From the NCBI GenBank assembly GCA_038087875.1, contig CM075987.1, positions 22,880,001 to 22,944,000 on the forward strand: a DNA stretch of 64,000 nt. Direction: 5' to 3'. Origin of the DNA: Malacoraja senta. Taxonomy: Eukaryota. A model generated the notes under the pieces. It had not been told where the DNA came from, did no database searches, and saw nothing but the letters and a program-made list of their open reading frames with translations. Positions within the stretch are counted from its first letter, which is position 1, and every line of letters starts with the position of its first letter. A program made the position numbers and the translations under genes. Positions 14,401 to 25,000 of the stretch are shown one piece after another.

Positions 14401-17171
14401 AGGGCACTCGCCTGGAAAACCTCGAGCTGGATCGACCGTCCGCGTTGAAACGGCGAGCTGGATCGACTGACCGCACACACACACAAACACATCTCAAAGG
14501 CGGGGGCCAGGGAAAGCGGGGGAGCGCTGTCTGAAATTCACACCCGCGATGAAGAGGAAGGTAAACGGCTGCCACAGTGTACGGTAAGTCCTTTAGAGAA
14601 TGTGGAGAGAGGGGGGGAGGGGGAGAGAAGGAGTGGAGACACTTTTAAGAAGTATAATAAAGTTTAGCGGGCATTTTACCTACAGGTCGGTTTTCCCTGG
14701 TCCTGAAAACTCCAATGAGCCAATTAAAATGCCCGGTCAGCGAAGGAGATTGCCTGTAACTAAATAGCGCCCCCACTCCACTGCACGAGGAGTCAAAAAG
14801 AACCATGCCGACCACATTTTCAACATGCTGAACATTTTTCCGCGACCTAGCTGAGGCCGCGAATATTCGGGAACTTCCCTCGAGCATGAAGGAGAGTTCC
14901 AGTGACCTCATAGGACCTCCTAGGACCTCGTGTCGCCCATGCTGCGAGTTTGAGTCGAGGGCAAACTCGTCTAAACTGGCAGATTAGGTCCCCGCAGTGG
15001 GACAGCCCCTTAACTGTGTGCGTTTCTCTGGATAGTCTTCGGAGTTTCGTTACGCATCCTAAAGATGTGACGTTTGGTAGGTTAATTGGAGACTAAATTC
15101 CCCCAAGTGTGGAGGGGTGAATAAAATGGGTGGTTTGTGGCTAGCATGAGTTCAGTGGGCCAAAGGGCCTGTTTCTGTGCTCCATGATTGCAATCAACTG
15201 GATGTTTTGGAATGTCCTGAAGTTGGGAGATTTTTTTATTTTTATTTATTTTATTAATGAATATATCTGTTATTTCCTTTAATTAATAAACCTGAATACT
15301 GATGATGCTGCCCCAGAGGATGTGTTGCCTTGTCTACTCTCTGAAAATATAGACAAGCTGCTGAATGAAATCAAAATCAAGTTTGCATCAAATGAGGTGA
15401 GTGGAATAGACTAAATATTGGCCTCCTGCACCGCCCTCCGCTCCATAAAGCAGCCATATGGATGGGCAAACCCAACACCTATTAAACCTCAGATATAGGG
15501 TAGATTTAACCATGTTTATTGTGGCTGTTCACCTTTGAGCAGAGAATATCAATAAGATTTCAAAATAATAAAATAAATAAATAAACACACGAGAATAATT
15601 TAAAAAATGAGTGTTCAAAATCGCAAGGAGTTCTGATGAAGGAAATTATTAGTTATCTGCACCATCAACGGACAGTAACCAGGGAACACAAGATAATCAG
15701 CAAAAGATTTGGAGAAGTGAACTTTTTTTTGTAAACAGTAAATTCCGATCCAGAATCATGTGTCAGACAGGATAGCTAATACCAGATTAAAAACTAGTGT
15801 TCCAGGGGCTGTGGCAATATATACTCAAATTGTGCAATATATACACTCAAGAGTTGAAGCGGATGATCCCATGAAGTGCTATTTGATTTTTCCACATTAT
15901 TAACCATGACTGTCTGACATGATTATGGATCAAAATTCGTTGTTTACAAAACAAAGTGGGGGGGGGGAGGGGGGGGGTCGTTAAAACGAGGCTTTACTGT
16001 GTTATTATCTTTGCGAAAAAGTTAGGAGAGAAGATTAAGGACGTATTAGATTCTTTCACGGCAGAGGGACACAACTGGAATGAGCTCTTGCCACTCACAA
16101 CACCATCCGTGGCCGCTCAGGGGATTTCAACTGAACTCTCTGAATTTTGTCCAGATTGTAGAGGCAGACGGGCCACCAGTTGCTGGGAAAATCAGTGTTT
16201 AGCCTATAATTAAAGTTGCAGTTACATCCCATCTGGATTATTTATTACAATCAGTGTGGGCTCATCACAGAACAGTTGTTATTGATGCTGGGAAGGGAAT
16301 TCACAAGGGAAATCATATTGAAGCTAAAACAGTAACATTGTTTTACGTGTTGTAAGGCTTCATTGCCTTAAATATTTAACATTAATTGGGATCTAATTAA
16401 CAATACTGAAGATGACTGAAGGATTCAGATAAAAACTAATACAGGCACTCCCCGACTTACGTAATAGGCGATTTATGTAAACTCACACTTACGTAAACAA
16501 TTCTTTAAGGCCACTGATTTATTTCTGATCAGCATGTCATGTCTCTGTAGTCTCAATAGCATGGAGTGCTGTTGCCATCGCATGCAGCCCTTTCTGCCAG
16601 TCAGCTATTCTCGCAGATGCTCCTAAGTGGTCTTCTGTCTTCCACAAGGGTCTGCTGGACATAACCCTTCCGCAAGTCGGGGAGCGTCTGTAATGCTCTC
16701 TTCAGGGATGATGCAAGAAAAGACCTCTTCCACCAGGGATGAATGGAAATCCTCGACCCAAAGAAACATAAACATTTCGGACCAACTGAGATACTGGAGG
16801 AATTGATCTATTTCTGGTGGTCAGGGATATCAACAAAATACATAAAAATAGGTCAATGGAACTGAAGATTAGCCACGATCTTCACCATGGGTTGAATAAT
16901 TACGCATTATTTTTTATTGTCCAATTGGTGCTGAAGTTAGGAGAGGGAAGACATTTGGTCACATCCGCCTCAGCATTTACAACAAAGGGAGAAAGTTTGT
17001 GCAAGAAATAGATAACGCAGGAGAGAAACACATGAAATGTTAATTTTCTTCCTTTCATTCTCCCTTCAGGATATCATCACCATAGTCAATCCTACAATTC
17101 TAAAATTTCAGAAAATGGATAGAAAGTCTGAGAATGAAGACAGCAATCCATCTGTACATGTCCACAATTAA
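2342..17171 (+). CDS. STKLD1: STKLD1 (serine/threonine kinase-like domain containing 1), 3' part: 8 exons encoding the armadillo-like C-terminal region; kinase-like exons lie upstream of the window
   Basis: Exons 2342-2458, 3585-3725, 5883-6011, 10681-10809, 11301-11429, 13116-13256, 15317-15396 and 17070-17171 all have AG/GT boundaries and join in frame. The peptide ...CLALWTLSLE-ETLSDAQFEDITLLLL...LSSLIRLS-ELVAFRILV...HQNDSEVVQTICMVFQDMAQY-EDVLPCLLS...LLNEIKIKFASNE resembles the recalled human STKLD1 C-terminus. Tail-to-tail with REXO4, as in human. Confidence 0.88.
2745..3066 (-). mobile_element. tRNA-derived SINE, HE1/V-SINE-like, with CR1-type tail (representative; similar at ~6120, 24785, 28511, 39920, 43755, 44500, 49545, 55880 on - and ~36345, 59677, 61332, 62817 on +)
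   Basis: Head with Pol III A box (tggcgcagcgg) and B box (ggttcgatcc), conserved core gtacgttctccccgtgac...ctcccaca, tail (aaact)n. Confidence 0.85.
3585..3725 (+). CDS. STKLD1: STKLD1 exon (ATELSVEDSILYSEPVINVVLSLMESQRKFLELQMLICKLLMVLSGS)
   Basis: Acceptor ttgttctcctgcag, donor gtaagt; 141 nt, phase 1-1. Confidence 0.85.
3810..4048. mobile_element. PIF/Harbinger-like MITE
   Basis: TIR agggcc(t)tgtcccactttcacgacct / aggtcgtgaaagtgggacaggccct; 3-bp TSD taa/taa. Confidence 0.75.
4064..4893 (-). mobile_element. ~830-bp CpG-rich non-autonomous retroelement (copy 1)
   Basis: Collinear with 27290-28048; TSD tgtactcat at 4055-4063 and 4894-4902; minus-strand tail ...tgacaacaaataaa. Confidence 0.75.
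5054..5313 (+). mobile_element. Possible solo LTR
   Basis: TATA-like tatttaa, agtaaa poly-A variant and terminal ...acaaca; the 5' TG and TSD (cctc/gctc) are imperfect. Confidence 0.3.
5883..6011 (+). CDS. STKLD1: STKLD1 exon (ESSGKLIGRAKGIQSILMTLRMYIDSSHICIPCCGAIWSLVTN)
   Basis: Acceptor cttccttacag, donor gtgagt; 129 nt, phase 1-1; ARM-like C-x-A-I-W-x-L motif. Confidence 0.87.
6952..9530 (+). mobile_element. L1-clade LINE 3' fragment (ORF2 C-terminus, 3' UTR, poly-A), interrupted by a second L1
   Basis: YYYWA...YFKYLQI and FQILHRLYYSKTRL...CDKC...HSFVSC peptides; aataaa plus A-tail at ~9500-9530; candidate TSD aactatct at 6944-6951 and 9531-9538. Confidence 0.85.
7614..8492 (+). mobile_element. 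Nested 5'-truncated L1-clade LINE
   Basis: FKVLHRLHYSKTKL...CDKC...HTFANC peptide; aataaa at 8464-8469 plus A-tail; 16-bp TSD aaagatatcaaaacat at 7598-7613 and 8493-8508. Confidence 0.88.
10681..10809 (+). CDS. STKLD1: STKLD1 exon (KMNARTAHLEGALETVWQVLEIHLQNGDVVETACLALWTLSLE)
   Basis: Acceptor tttcccccgtag, donor gttagt; 129 nt, phase 1-1. Confidence 0.87.
11301..11429 (+). CDS. STKLD1: STKLD1 exon (ETLSDAQFEDITLLLLGAFELHKRKENSVRNICLCLSSLIRLS)
   Basis: Acceptor tttctcttcag, donor gtaaga; 129 nt, phase 1-1. Confidence 0.88.
11808..12480 (-). mobile_element. CR1 LINE 3' fragment
   Basis: Peptides [10 protein letters not shown] and [11 protein letters not shown]...[14 protein letters not shown]. 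Confidence 0.88.
13116..13256 (+). CDS. STKLD1: STKLD1 exon (ELVAFRILVPDMQYDGLKVLVRSYYFHQNDSEVVQTICMVFQDMAQY)
   Basis: Acceptor ctcttcctttcag, donor gtgggt; 141 nt, phase 1-1. Confidence 0.88.
13802..14097. mobile_element. PIF/Harbinger-like MITE
   Basis: TIR agggcctgtcccact / agtgagacaggccct; flanks tga/taa; interior shared with the 36527 and 39588 copies. Confidence 0.72.
14120..14270 (+). mobile_element. Old DeuSINE (SacSINE1/AmnSINE1-like) fragment
   Basis: gatccca...tattttgaag...catttatccttca...gtgggagcttgctg...acacttcaaaa resembles the recalled Deu domain. Confidence 0.5.
14335..15010. mobile_element. PIF/Harbinger-like non-autonomous element
   Basis: TIR aggggctgtcccactgcgg / ccgcagtgggacagcccct; TSD taa/taa. 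Confidence 0.75.
15317..15396 (+). CDS. STKLD1: STKLD1 exon (EDVLPCLLSENIDKLLNEIKIKFASNE)
   Basis: Acceptor ctgccccag, donor gtgagt; 80 nt, phase 1-0. Confidence 0.86.
16442..16690. mobile_element. Tc1/mariner (pogo/Tigger-like) MITE
   Basis: TIR caggcactccccgacttacg / cgcaagtcggggagcgtctg; TA TSD on both sides. Confidence 0.78.
17070..17171 (+). CDS. STKLD1: STKLD1 terminal coding exon (DIITIVNPTILKFQKMDRKSENEDSNPSVHVHN*)
   Basis: Strong polypyrimidine acceptor ttctcccttcag; phase 0; TAA at 17169-17171. Confidence 0.78.
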   Translation, partial: DIITIVNPTILKFQKMDRKSENEDSNPSVHVHN

Positions 17172-18072
17172 ACGGACAAATTGACACCAGCCTCTTGTTT
17201 GTACTGATTAAGTTCCTCTTCCCCACAGCACCTGACATAGCAGTAACACCAGCAGCTTCTCCCACGGGCGCTCTCAGTCAATGATGCGACACTCTACAAA
17301 CCATCTCCTGCCTCTACCCTTCCAAACTGTGCTCTATACCAATTGCATTGTCCTGAAATCTGTAGGTTCGACTTCCTCCCCCTGGCTTCACAAACCACGT
17401 CCAACTCCAGGTAATGCAACCCAAGAAAGGCGATTGATTCAAATGCTGCATCAGAGATTTGGGGTGTTAGCTCCACCTGCTAAATTCCAGGGAGAAATGG
17501 CACAACCCTGCGGTTGAAGACAACGGACAAGTTAATTTGTTTAAGACATGAGGAGGAATAACGGAGAGAAGATGTAGGGAAACACTCCTTTTGCTGGTTC
17601 AGGAAGGGTGTCGTCTAAAAATTGATGTCAAGAGCTAAAAACAAACTGCTGGAGGAGCTCAGCGAGTCAGGCAGCATCTGTGGAAAGAACTGAACAGACA
17701 TGTTTTTGGGTTGATGCCTTCCTTGAGATGCGCTCTGACCTGAAATATCATGTGTCCATATCCTTCCACACATACTGCCTGACCCGCTGAGTTCCTCCAG
17801 CAGTTTTTTGCTGAAGGTTCCAGCATCTGCAGTCTATTATCTCCTTTTAAGAACAAAATTGGAAAGGTGCCAGAAATGTTGAACTCTTCCGAAATGAATG
17901 CTGGGTCAGTTGTAAATTGATGGACTTAAGTTAACAAGATACTCGGGTGTCTGTGAGAAATACCAGACAGATAAGTCACTGATCTAATCTTATTGGAAGC
18001 CAGAACAGGATAGAGGATCTAATTAGATAATCCTTCCTCATGTGTTCTTTGCTTTTGATAGATATTCTAGAG

Positions 18073-18268
18073 CAAGGGTTCCCAACTCGCGGTAAATTTT
18101 CCCTACCCAGGGGGGTAAATTTGTTGATTCTGGATTTGTACATATTTTTTCTCATTGACTGACTGTGTTTGCTTCATCATTAGTTGTTCATAAATAAGTG
18201 AAATAACATTGTTATGTGCTATTAAAGTTGCCTGGGGTAAACGGGACGAAAAAGGTTGGGGACCCCTG
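18073..18268. mobile_element. hAT (Charlie-like) MITE
   Basis: TIR caagggttcccaac / gttggggacccctg; perfect 8-bp TSD ttctagag at 18065-18072 and 18269-18276. Confidence 0.85.
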
Positions 18269-18913
18269 TTCTAGAGGGGAGCTCTGTTCTGAGAATGTAT
18301 GATACTAAACCAGGGTACACAGATTTTCTAGACACAAGGAACTGAAGATGCTGGTTTACAAAAAAAGGTACAAAGTGCTGGAGTAACTCAGCCGGCCAGG
18401 CAGCGTCTCTCGGCAATATGGAATGGCATTGTTTTGGTTTGTGACCCCTCTTCAGTCTGAAGGGTCCCGACCCGAAACGTCAACCTATCATGTTCTCGAG
18501 AGATGCTGCCTGACCAGCTGTTACCCCACCCAGCACCCTGGGCCTTCTGTGTTTCTCCCAGTCACCAGCTTGCGCCACTCAATGTTAAAGCTTGACAAAT
18601 TTAATTTTCTTAAAAATTCCTAGGATTAGATGCAGAATATCTGCAAAATGTACAGATTTCAGTATCAGTCCAAACCATCGAGTTGCTACATGAACAACTT
18701 TGAGGAGATTGCAGCAGCCTTACTCTTTCTGTTTGCATCCACAGTGTATTGTGCTCTTCACTGCATTATCCCTTGATGTTTCGCAAATACCACTGTTGTC
18801 ACAAGGACTTTCCCCACACAACCACATGTGTTCCTCTGTCAAATTTAAATTGCAGTGCAAGGGTGGCATGGATTGACCTCGGAGAAGCATTGGGAGTACA
18901 TGTTCCCTCACTG

Positions 18914-19063
18914 TCACTTTCTTGTGCTCCCCTCCTCTTTCACATGAGCTTTGGTTTTCTTTTTAATGGCTTCTTTCTTCTCTTTGTGCTTTGCCTTTAA
19001 CTCAGCTTCCCACTCTTTTCGTGACATCGTGTAAAGTCTCATTGTTGCCTGTGCGTCCTGCAC
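18914..19063 (-). CDS. REXO4: REXO4 last coding exon ([22 protein letters not shown]...EEGSTRK*)
   Basis: Acceptor cctatag; ExoIII Asp in QDA; TGA at 18916-18914. Confidence 0.93.
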   Translation of the reverse strand: MQDAQATMRLYTMSRKEWEAELKAKHKEKKEAIKKKTKAHVKEEGSTRK

Positions 19064-22000
19064 CTATAGGTAAGAGACATAGAGAGCAGGTTATGCACAG
19101 TTAAGATCAGTCAGTGCTGAAACACAGGGCTTCTGCCAGTCCAAATACTGTCATGCACTCAGGTGAGGACCCGGAAGAGAGAATTTCTTATCGGGGAATG
19201 ACATCAACACCAGGGAAGACTTCTGCCTAATGACAACTGATATAATCAGTGTTTAAAGGTGAAAGAAGCTGCAACTCTGAGCGTTTCCAGGCTTGGACAC
19301 CAAAGTGTGAGCAGTTAGTTCACTCGGCTAGATGTTCCCCATACCAGGCCATTCTCACACAGGAGGGTGTTCATGCAGCCCATGCCCTGGTATCCACACT
19401 CCAGTGGATGGAGAGAGATTAACTGAAAAACTGGAGTGTTCCAGCACATCACTGATATTAATTTGCACAGGCTATCGCATGTCTTCAGTGAATATACTCA
19501 CCGAAGAATGTTCAGTCTCTTGCACTTTAATCTTTAGGATCTCTCGACACAGATGTTTGAGAGAAGGTCGACCACACTGCAAAGAAGAAAATAAATCCAG
19601 GGATAAAAGAGCTCATTTAAAAATCCTGTGAATCTTAAAATAGTGCCGTGCGCGTCATTCCAAACCCTTCGTTCAGCTGTGCCCCGCACAGAATCTCCCT
19701 GCTTCAGTCTAGCTCACTGCAATTAACAATGATTTCCGTGATGCAAGCGTGGACAAGGAGTTCCTGTATCTGACAGGATCAAAGGGAGACGCAAAATGCT
19801 GGAGTAACTCTGCGGGGCAGGCAGCATCTCTGGAGAGAAGGAATGGGTGACGTTTCGGGTCGGGACCCTTCTTCAGACTCGACCCAAAACGTCACCCATT
19901 CCTTCTCTCCAGAGATGCTGCCTGTCCCGCTGAGTTACTCCAGCATTTTGTGTCTACCTTCGATTTAAACCAGCATCTGCAGTTCCTTTCTACACATTCT
20001 GACAGGATCAATCCTGGTACAGAGCTCTCAGAAACATCACCAGAGGATACAAATTCTCAGAGCAGCTTTTAGTAACACAAACAGATGCAATGCATAATAC
20101 TGCACATTTCAGAAATGCACACCACTCACCCATTCCACAATGATTAAAAATGACATTATTCACAACCATCTTAGCACAAGACCTTAGATTAAGAATGTAT
20201 TTGAGTCCCACACTCATTAGCTGGAGAGGACTCTTTACTGCTTGGCGATGGCACGCTGTATTTAAACTTTACTTACCTTGGTAACTGCTTTGAATGGTTT
20301 GTATTTCTGCGTGTCACGAATTCTCTTCTTTGGATGATCCAAAAGCAGGATCTGTAGGAAATTATATCGTGGGTACCAGAGAATTAAATACTTTTATTAA
20401 AACATGTTTACTTATGCCAAGTAGTAAATTCTGTGCCCAAGAAAACAAAGAGTCATTAAGTTGTATCCCAGACTCATGTCATTTGTAGAATCCTCTAGTT
20501 TGGATCTGGGATCATGGGTAGTTTGTATGGGTGGGTGCTGATTCATCAAAATGAACCCTGAACTTGTGGAAATCAGGAATGCAAGTGGTTCCAGGTGGAC
20601 GTAGGTGAAATCGTTCACATTGGCTCAAATCGCCTGAAAACTCAACCCAATTGTGCCAAAACCTTCGTATATGCTAAATATCGTTATGTCTTCAGTAAGC
20701 TGGATTTAAGTTTGAGAATTTGATCTACGCCTTCTCCTACCCTACTTCCTTTCAGGAAACCTTTCCCCCATTTGTTTCCAGCCAATAGACAATAGGTGCA
20801 GGAGTAGGCCATTTGGCCCTTCGAGCCAGCACCGCCATTCAATGTGATCATGGCTGATCATCCCCAATCAGTACCCCGCTCCTGCCTTCTCCCCATATCC
20901 CCTGCCTCTGCTATTTTTAAGAGCCCTATCTAGCTCTCTCTTGAAAGCATCCAGAGAACCTGCCTCCACGGCCCTCTGAGGCAGAGAATTCCACAGACTC
21001 ACCACTCTCTGTGAGAATGTCCTCACCTATTCTGATGGTGACAGCGTTTCTGAGACGTCTTCCTTTTAGTTTGACCATGGTTATCATTGCACCAACAACG
21101 ACAGGGCTTTCAACTGTGTCTGCTCCATTCCCCCCACACTTTCCCTTCACCCTCCCACCCATTACAAGGATAGACGTCCCCTTTCCCTCACCACCCCCTT
21201 AGCCTCCACAACATCTGCCAGCTTCAGCACAACGCTACATCTTCCTCTCCCTTCTCCTGCCACTACTCCAAGGGGACCATTCACTCCATTATCACTGGTT
21301 CATTCTTCCATCTTCATATCACGAAGAAGGATTGCCTATTTCCTTCGCTCCATAGATGCTGCCGCACCCGCTGAGTTTCTCCAGCACTGTTGTCTACCTC
21401 CTCCTTTACTACACTTGTCCATCTCCATCTTCACTTTTCATCGCCCAGGTGAAACGGCGATTTACTCAGTCACAGTCCATGACATTATGTACTTCTTACA
21501 ATTTAAGGTTCTAAATTTAATGCCCACGGCGCGATCTCCATTTTTGAGAAGATGGGGGTAACCACTTTGCAGAATGTCTCCATTCACTCACGTCAAAGGT
21601 GATCCTGAGCCCCTTACACTATTGCAAAGGGCCTGAAGTGAACTCGAGGAACACGTCTTGCCTTCTGATTAGGCGCGGTAAAGTTCTGAGGACGTCACAA
21701 TGAATTCACTGATTTTAGATAACCAGTCTTTCCAGTTTTGAGCACTAAACCAATAATGTCAACTCAATTTCTCTCTCCAGGGATGCTGCCTGACCAGCTG
21801 AGTATTTCCAGAACTTCTTTTGATTTCCAGCAACTGTAGTGTTTTGTATCGCAGTCCCAGCATTGATATTCCTCATTCTTTTCTCACTCATCTACTCCAT
21901 TTGTATCTACTCCTGACAGATCAATATGCCTTCAGAACATTCTCGGCTGACAAACACCGCATGCGTGTTATTCTGGCGCTCTTGGTTGCTGCCCTATCTC

Positions 22001-25000
22001 ATCTCACTTTGTTTTCTCCATCCCCGTCCTACAACTTCAAACATGCTTGATTTTTAACCGCTAGTGCAGATGAAAATCAGTAATCTAAAATGTTAACTCA
22101 TTAATTCTCCATAGATGCTGCCTGACCTGCTGAGTATTTCCAGCATTTTCTACTGATGATGAAAAAGAGTGAGTTTTAGTACACAGAGCAAAGACGTGCA
22201 AGTTTGTAGGTTAGACACAAAATGCTGGAGTAACTCAGCGGGACAGGCAGCATCTCTGGAGAGAAGGAATGGGTGACGTTTCGGGTTGAGACCCTTCTTC
22301 AGACAAAACGTCATCCATTCTTTCTCTCCAGAGATGCTGTCTGTCCCGCTGAGTTACTCCAGCAATTTTGTGTCCCTTCGGTGTAAACCAGCATCTGCAG
22401 TTCTTTCCCACACTATTGTAGGTTAATTAGCTTCTGTAAATCGCCCCTAGTGTGTAGGATGCAAAGGTGGGACAGCATAAAGCTAGTGTTGGTCGGCACG
22501 GACTCGGTAGGCTGAAGAGCCTGTTTTCACGCTGTATCTTTAAACTTAAAAAACTAGAACCGAAACCTCCAGTTGTATTTAGAATCCACATAATGTTTTT
22601 TTCTAATATAAAAAAAACTGTTCATATTAATGAAGAGTTTTGATTAAGTAAATGAGGAGAAACTAATTCCAGGAGAGCTGGTAACCAAAAGACACTGATC
22701 TAAAAACCAGAACCTGGCATAAGATGAAGAAACTCCTTTTTAAACAAAGCACCAAATGCAGACTTCAAGCCAACAAATTCCACACCAGTGTGGTCACATG
22801 TACATCAACACTAGGAAGGACATTTGGTTTAGTAAAGGGACAATAATGGTACGGCTGAATTTTTATAATCTGCAGCATCAAGGTCACTATTAAAGTTTCC
22901 AGATTTTCCTAATTAATTCAGGTCCACAAACAATGCAAATGAATGGGAATGTAACGCGCATTCTCAAGATTAGTAGCAACAGTGCATAGTCTTTTGATAT
23001 GTCACGTACAAATCCTATTTGGATGCAGTTTTCAGGGAATGGCCAGCAAACGTCAGTTTAGTTTGTCACATGTACTGAGGTGCAGTGAGAAGCTTCCATC
23101 TCTTGCACTCTTAAATTTGGAGGAAGATGCATATGGTGCAGGTGTTAACTATGTCCCACTATCTCTCTTAGAATTAAGTAGCATCTATTTCTATTCAGTT
23201 CAGCCTTCTCTTCTACAAAGTTCACATGGATCCAAACCCACACAGAGCATCTTGGTGTTCGGGAACCGGTCAGACTGAGTGACGGTGGAGAACTGACCTT
23301 GAGATCGTTGTGTATCGCGTGGCCGACTAGCGTCCTGCCTTTCAAGATGTCTGCCACCTCCTTCTGCACCACTTTGAAGGCTTCACCTGAAAATAGCCAA
23401 GCCAGTCATATAGTGGAATCAATTTACGTGCAAAAACCGCGTGCAATTCAAATTCTTTACTGTGGAGCAACGGTCCCACTCTGGCCCACTGAGGCACACA
23501 ACTATTTACATTCCTCAAATACAAAAAGCCATTAGCTGTTTTTTCCACTCTACCCAATTTCCTATTCACTCTGATGCCTTTGGAATATCCATTTAGGCAA
23601 CGCACAGTATACTTCCTTCATCACTAAACTCCCATTATTTCCTCACACAGCACCAGTCTTGCCTTGAACAACTCTACGATGACTGGTTAATTAACCAACA
23701 TCCTTCCACACATTATGTCGTCCCATTCTCTGGACTCAACAACTAGCTATTTAGTTTATGGTCATTTAGTTCATATTTTTATGAACTGTTCATATTTGTT
23801 TAGTTCATATTTCAACTATAGTTCATATATTTGCACCGACCATCTCTAATTCATTGAAGACTATTTATGTACCCAAGAAGTTATGAAAGATTGCCTTAAG
23901 TAATGTTCCAGTATTCCAGGAGAGAGATCAGCATTTATGGCCCTTTCCACTTCGGCCATAGGGAGACGCATGCCTCTATTTCCCCCCCAAACAAGCCTGT
24001 CACGATCTTGTTTACCTATCAGCTCTCCTCTCAGTCTCCTACACTATATGAAAAACATTCCTAGCCTATCCAATCTCTTTCATATCTGAGATGATCCATC
24101 CCAGGCAGCATCCTATGAATCTCCTCCATAACTTGGGATTGGGATTAGGACCGTGTTGGTTTAGGGTAAATACAAATGTCTGCATGGACCTAATGGTCAA
24201 TTGGCTACAGTCATTTTGCTGAAATTCATGTTCTAAGAGTAGAATAAGGCCATTCGGCCCATCAAGTCCAACCCACCATTCAATCGTGGCTTTCCCTCTC
24301 AACCCCATTCTACTCATAATCCCTGACGCCCGTACTAATCAAGAATCTGTCAATCCCTGCCTAAAAAATATCCATTGACTTGACCTCCAAAACCGTCGAT
24401 GTCAATGAATTCCACAGATTCACCACCCTCTGACTTTGCACCCCATGCACTAGTTTTACACACAAGTTCTATGCACTTCTTAATCTTTTCTCCAAAAAAA
24501 ATCACCGAGTCAGAGAGTCTCTTACCGTCCTTAATGTTCTCTGGCCGGATGCCACTCACCCAGGTCCTGTAATCGGTCACCTTCTCCGTTGGTTTCACAT
24601 ATTTGTCATAGACACATTTGCCAAACTGGTTCACAATGGAGACCCTTGCCAGGATACTGTCCACTTTGTCTGGCCCCACACCGACCATCTCGCAGTCCAT
24701 CGCCACAGCTTTGGTCAGTCTGAGAAAGCAACCGGCACAGCGAAGCAGACTGTCACCAAGGATTTATGTGAGATATGTATTTAGATTTTAGTTTGGAGAG
24801 ACAGCGCCCTTCGATCCACAGAGTGGGGTGGGAGATTGCAACCTTCACGTGGTCCGCCCTGTTTCGACGAATGCAATCAACCTGGCGTGCACAATCAAGT
24901 AAGATCAAATAGAACAAGTTCTCCTACAACTTTAGGCTGCGCACGCCATACGACTAGTGATCCCTGTACACTAGCACACACGAGGGACAATTTACAATCT

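Noticed and set aside
18720..18917. ORF as a long C-terminal extension of REXO4
   Set aside because: It is in a different frame; the REXO4 frame stops at TGA 18916-18914.
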